Below the pieces are notes generated by a model, which was not told the DNA's origin, searched no databases, and saw nothing but the letters and a program-made list of their open reading frames with translations. This document shows positions 61,956 through 64,000 of a stretch of DNA of 64,000 nt, piece by piece (position 1 is the first letter of the stretch; every line of letters starts with the position of its first letter). The position numbers and the translations under genes were made by a program. The stretch comes from Raillietiella orientalis (Eukaryota): contig JAYWIR010000006.1 of assembly GCA_036172245.1 (NCBI GenBank), positions 3,348,001-3,412,000 of the forward strand. Direction: 5' to 3'.

Positions 61956-63540
61956 CTAGATTCCATGCAAAAAAAGAGAGAAAATCATTTTATCACAGGT
62001 TGCAGTTTAATATACGTATACATATATATATATATATATTTAAACAAATTTGATGTCGTCGTCATGGAAGTCGCTTATTTTTCATTCAAACATGAGTTAC
62101 ACGTGGGCACTCTTTTTTTTTTATTTTTTTGACTGTTCAAACACCTTCCCGATTTTGCGGCTTGTTTGCCGAGTGCTCCGAACGGATCGCACGAAGCGCG
62201 CAGTCAGTGGGGCGAAAAGAAAAAAAAAGAGGAACACTTTGGAGCATCGTCAGAAAACGCGGGATGCTGGTTTCCACGCCACCGCAGGAATAGGGGGGGG
62301 AAGTGCTGAGGCTGGCGTGCGTGGTGGTCTGCAGTCGAAATGTGGCATCCCTGGGAGCCAGACTTGCGCGTGCCCGAGCGGGGAGGGAGAGGGGGGAAAC
62401 GCGTCCGCGTCTTCCCAGCGGTCCTCTTTAAACGTGTGAATAAATGGCGCTGTCATCTCTCTGGGATCGTCCGTCAGAATGAGTCAGAGGTGTGGCAGCT
62501 CTCGCGTTCGTTCTTCTTCCAGATCGCTGGTCGCAGCAACTTTTCCGTCTTTAGAGGGCGCGAGGCAGGGGAGGTTCGCAATTCGTGCGGTTGATGGAGG
62601 CTGCGCAGCGGCAAGGATAGCACCTGACAAACGGGGGCCATGGCAACAACCGGGTTTCTTCGATCGGGATCGCGCCTCTCCGACGCGCGGTGCGTCCTCC
62701 TTCGTCCAAGCCGGAGGCGTTCGTCGCTCCGCCGGGAGCTCCGGTAGAAGAATCCTGGATTTTTCCTGCACTCCAGGACTGCAAGTCCCGCCGAGGCGAC
62801 CGGGCGTGGCCGAAAGATTTCCCAGACGCTCTCTCTCTTGGAGCCTCTTTGCCCCCCCTCCCCCACTCGCGTCTCGAGGCGCTGTCGGGCATCGGACATA
62901 CCCACTGGTAGATACAGCTCCTTCCGCGACAGGAGGAAGGCGCTTTCATAGAGCAAAGGCCACCACCCTATCCGCGTGTAACACGTAGGGGACTCGTATA
63001 ACGCGGAGTGCTGGTATATGCAGGGATCGCCATCTAATTAAATAATTAGGAATCAGCAAACAACGAGGCATTCGTGCTCAAAGTGGCGGGAAGGAATAAC
63101 GGCGAGGAAGGGCGAGCCCTTCCTGCCGGATGCCTTTGTTTCGCGAAAGCATTCCCCACTGCTTTTTAATGAACACCCTGCAACATTTGGTGTCCTGCTC
63201 AAAGATCTGCAATCTTACGATGAAGAGACGGACGCTCGTGAGCAACCAAGGAATTCAAGGGATTGTGTTGTAGGAATTCAATTTATCGTGATGGAGCATC
63301 CAGGCTTTGGGATAAGAAGCTGATCCATGCGAAGTGCTGCAAACCGAGTTTTCAATTATCTTTAAGGAGTTGCAAATTTATTTATTTTTTCACATTTGAA
63401 TTTTCCGTTGCCATGTTACGGAGCATGATGCATGTATTCGGAGCACTTCTAGTATTCATAAAGCAAATTCTGTCTCCAATTTCCTCCGAGAGACGGTGCT
63501 ATAAGCGTCATATTTTGTGCCAGGTGTACTATACATATAC

Positions 63541-64000
63541 AGTACCGCGTTATACGAGGGTCTACCGTATATGTATACGGTAGACCCTCGTATAACGCGG
63601 TACTCGCGCAGCGCGGGCTCGTATAACGCGACAGAAACATGCCGACCGTCCTCGTATATAACGCGGTAAATCATCTCCGTGCAACGCTGTGGATGAATTT
63701 CAATTTTGTGGCACGACGTCATTTCAGCTGTTTTTTTTTTTCTGCTTCCTCCTGAACACATGAAAATACGAACACATAATTGCAGTGGGTTGAATTGTAT
63801 GTTATTCGAACTCTCATGGAGAAAAGAGCGCAGGAAGATGCATTTTTCAATAAAGAGAGCAACGGAGCACTGTTTTGATTCATTACATAGCAATTGCATA
63901 CCGATGCTTTGAGGTAAACGATAAAATAAGCAATTTTATATCTTTATCCATGTGTAACCGATAGGCCTCGTATAACGCGGATTCGTGTAGCGTGGAAAGT
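63541..64000. mobile_element. pogo/Tigger-type MITE termini: a right end (to 63567) back to back with a left end (from 63578) that runs off the window
   Basis: TA|CGGTAGACCCTCGTATAACGCGG at 63578 and its exact reverse complement ending 63567, separated by TATATGTATA. The subterminal motif CTCGTATAACGCG recurs at ~62993, ~63618 and ~63967. Confidence 0.7.

Overview
Eukaryotic, GC-rich, CpG-undepleted genomic DNA, probably arthropod, inferred only from the encoded protein. The window is dominated by one intron-rich minus-strand gene, a STAC/Dstac-type adaptor (C1 zinc finger, Ser/Pro-rich linker, tandem SH3). Eight exons from 38773 to 8008 splice with canonical GT-AG sites and consistent phases into about 400 aa. 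Three more phase-compatible 5' exon candidates lie at ~40.6, 49.4 and 61.9 kb. Introns and the 3' flank hold six copies of a long tRNA-headed SINE-like element with an internal array of ~45-nt units rich in CCCTTCGG (cUUCGg-like) hairpins, two piggyBac-type MITEs (one nested in a SINE and missing its right end) and pogo/Tigger-type MITE ends. There is also a frameshifted duplicate of one STAC exon inside the intron that splits the C1 domain, and an unusually high density of mutually unrelated perfect short-spacer palindromes. Most long ORFs in the supplied track look like artefacts of GC-rich or low-complexity sequence. I found no prokaryotic system, CRISPR array or intact transposase/RT gene. 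Nothing here is established as novel without database searches.
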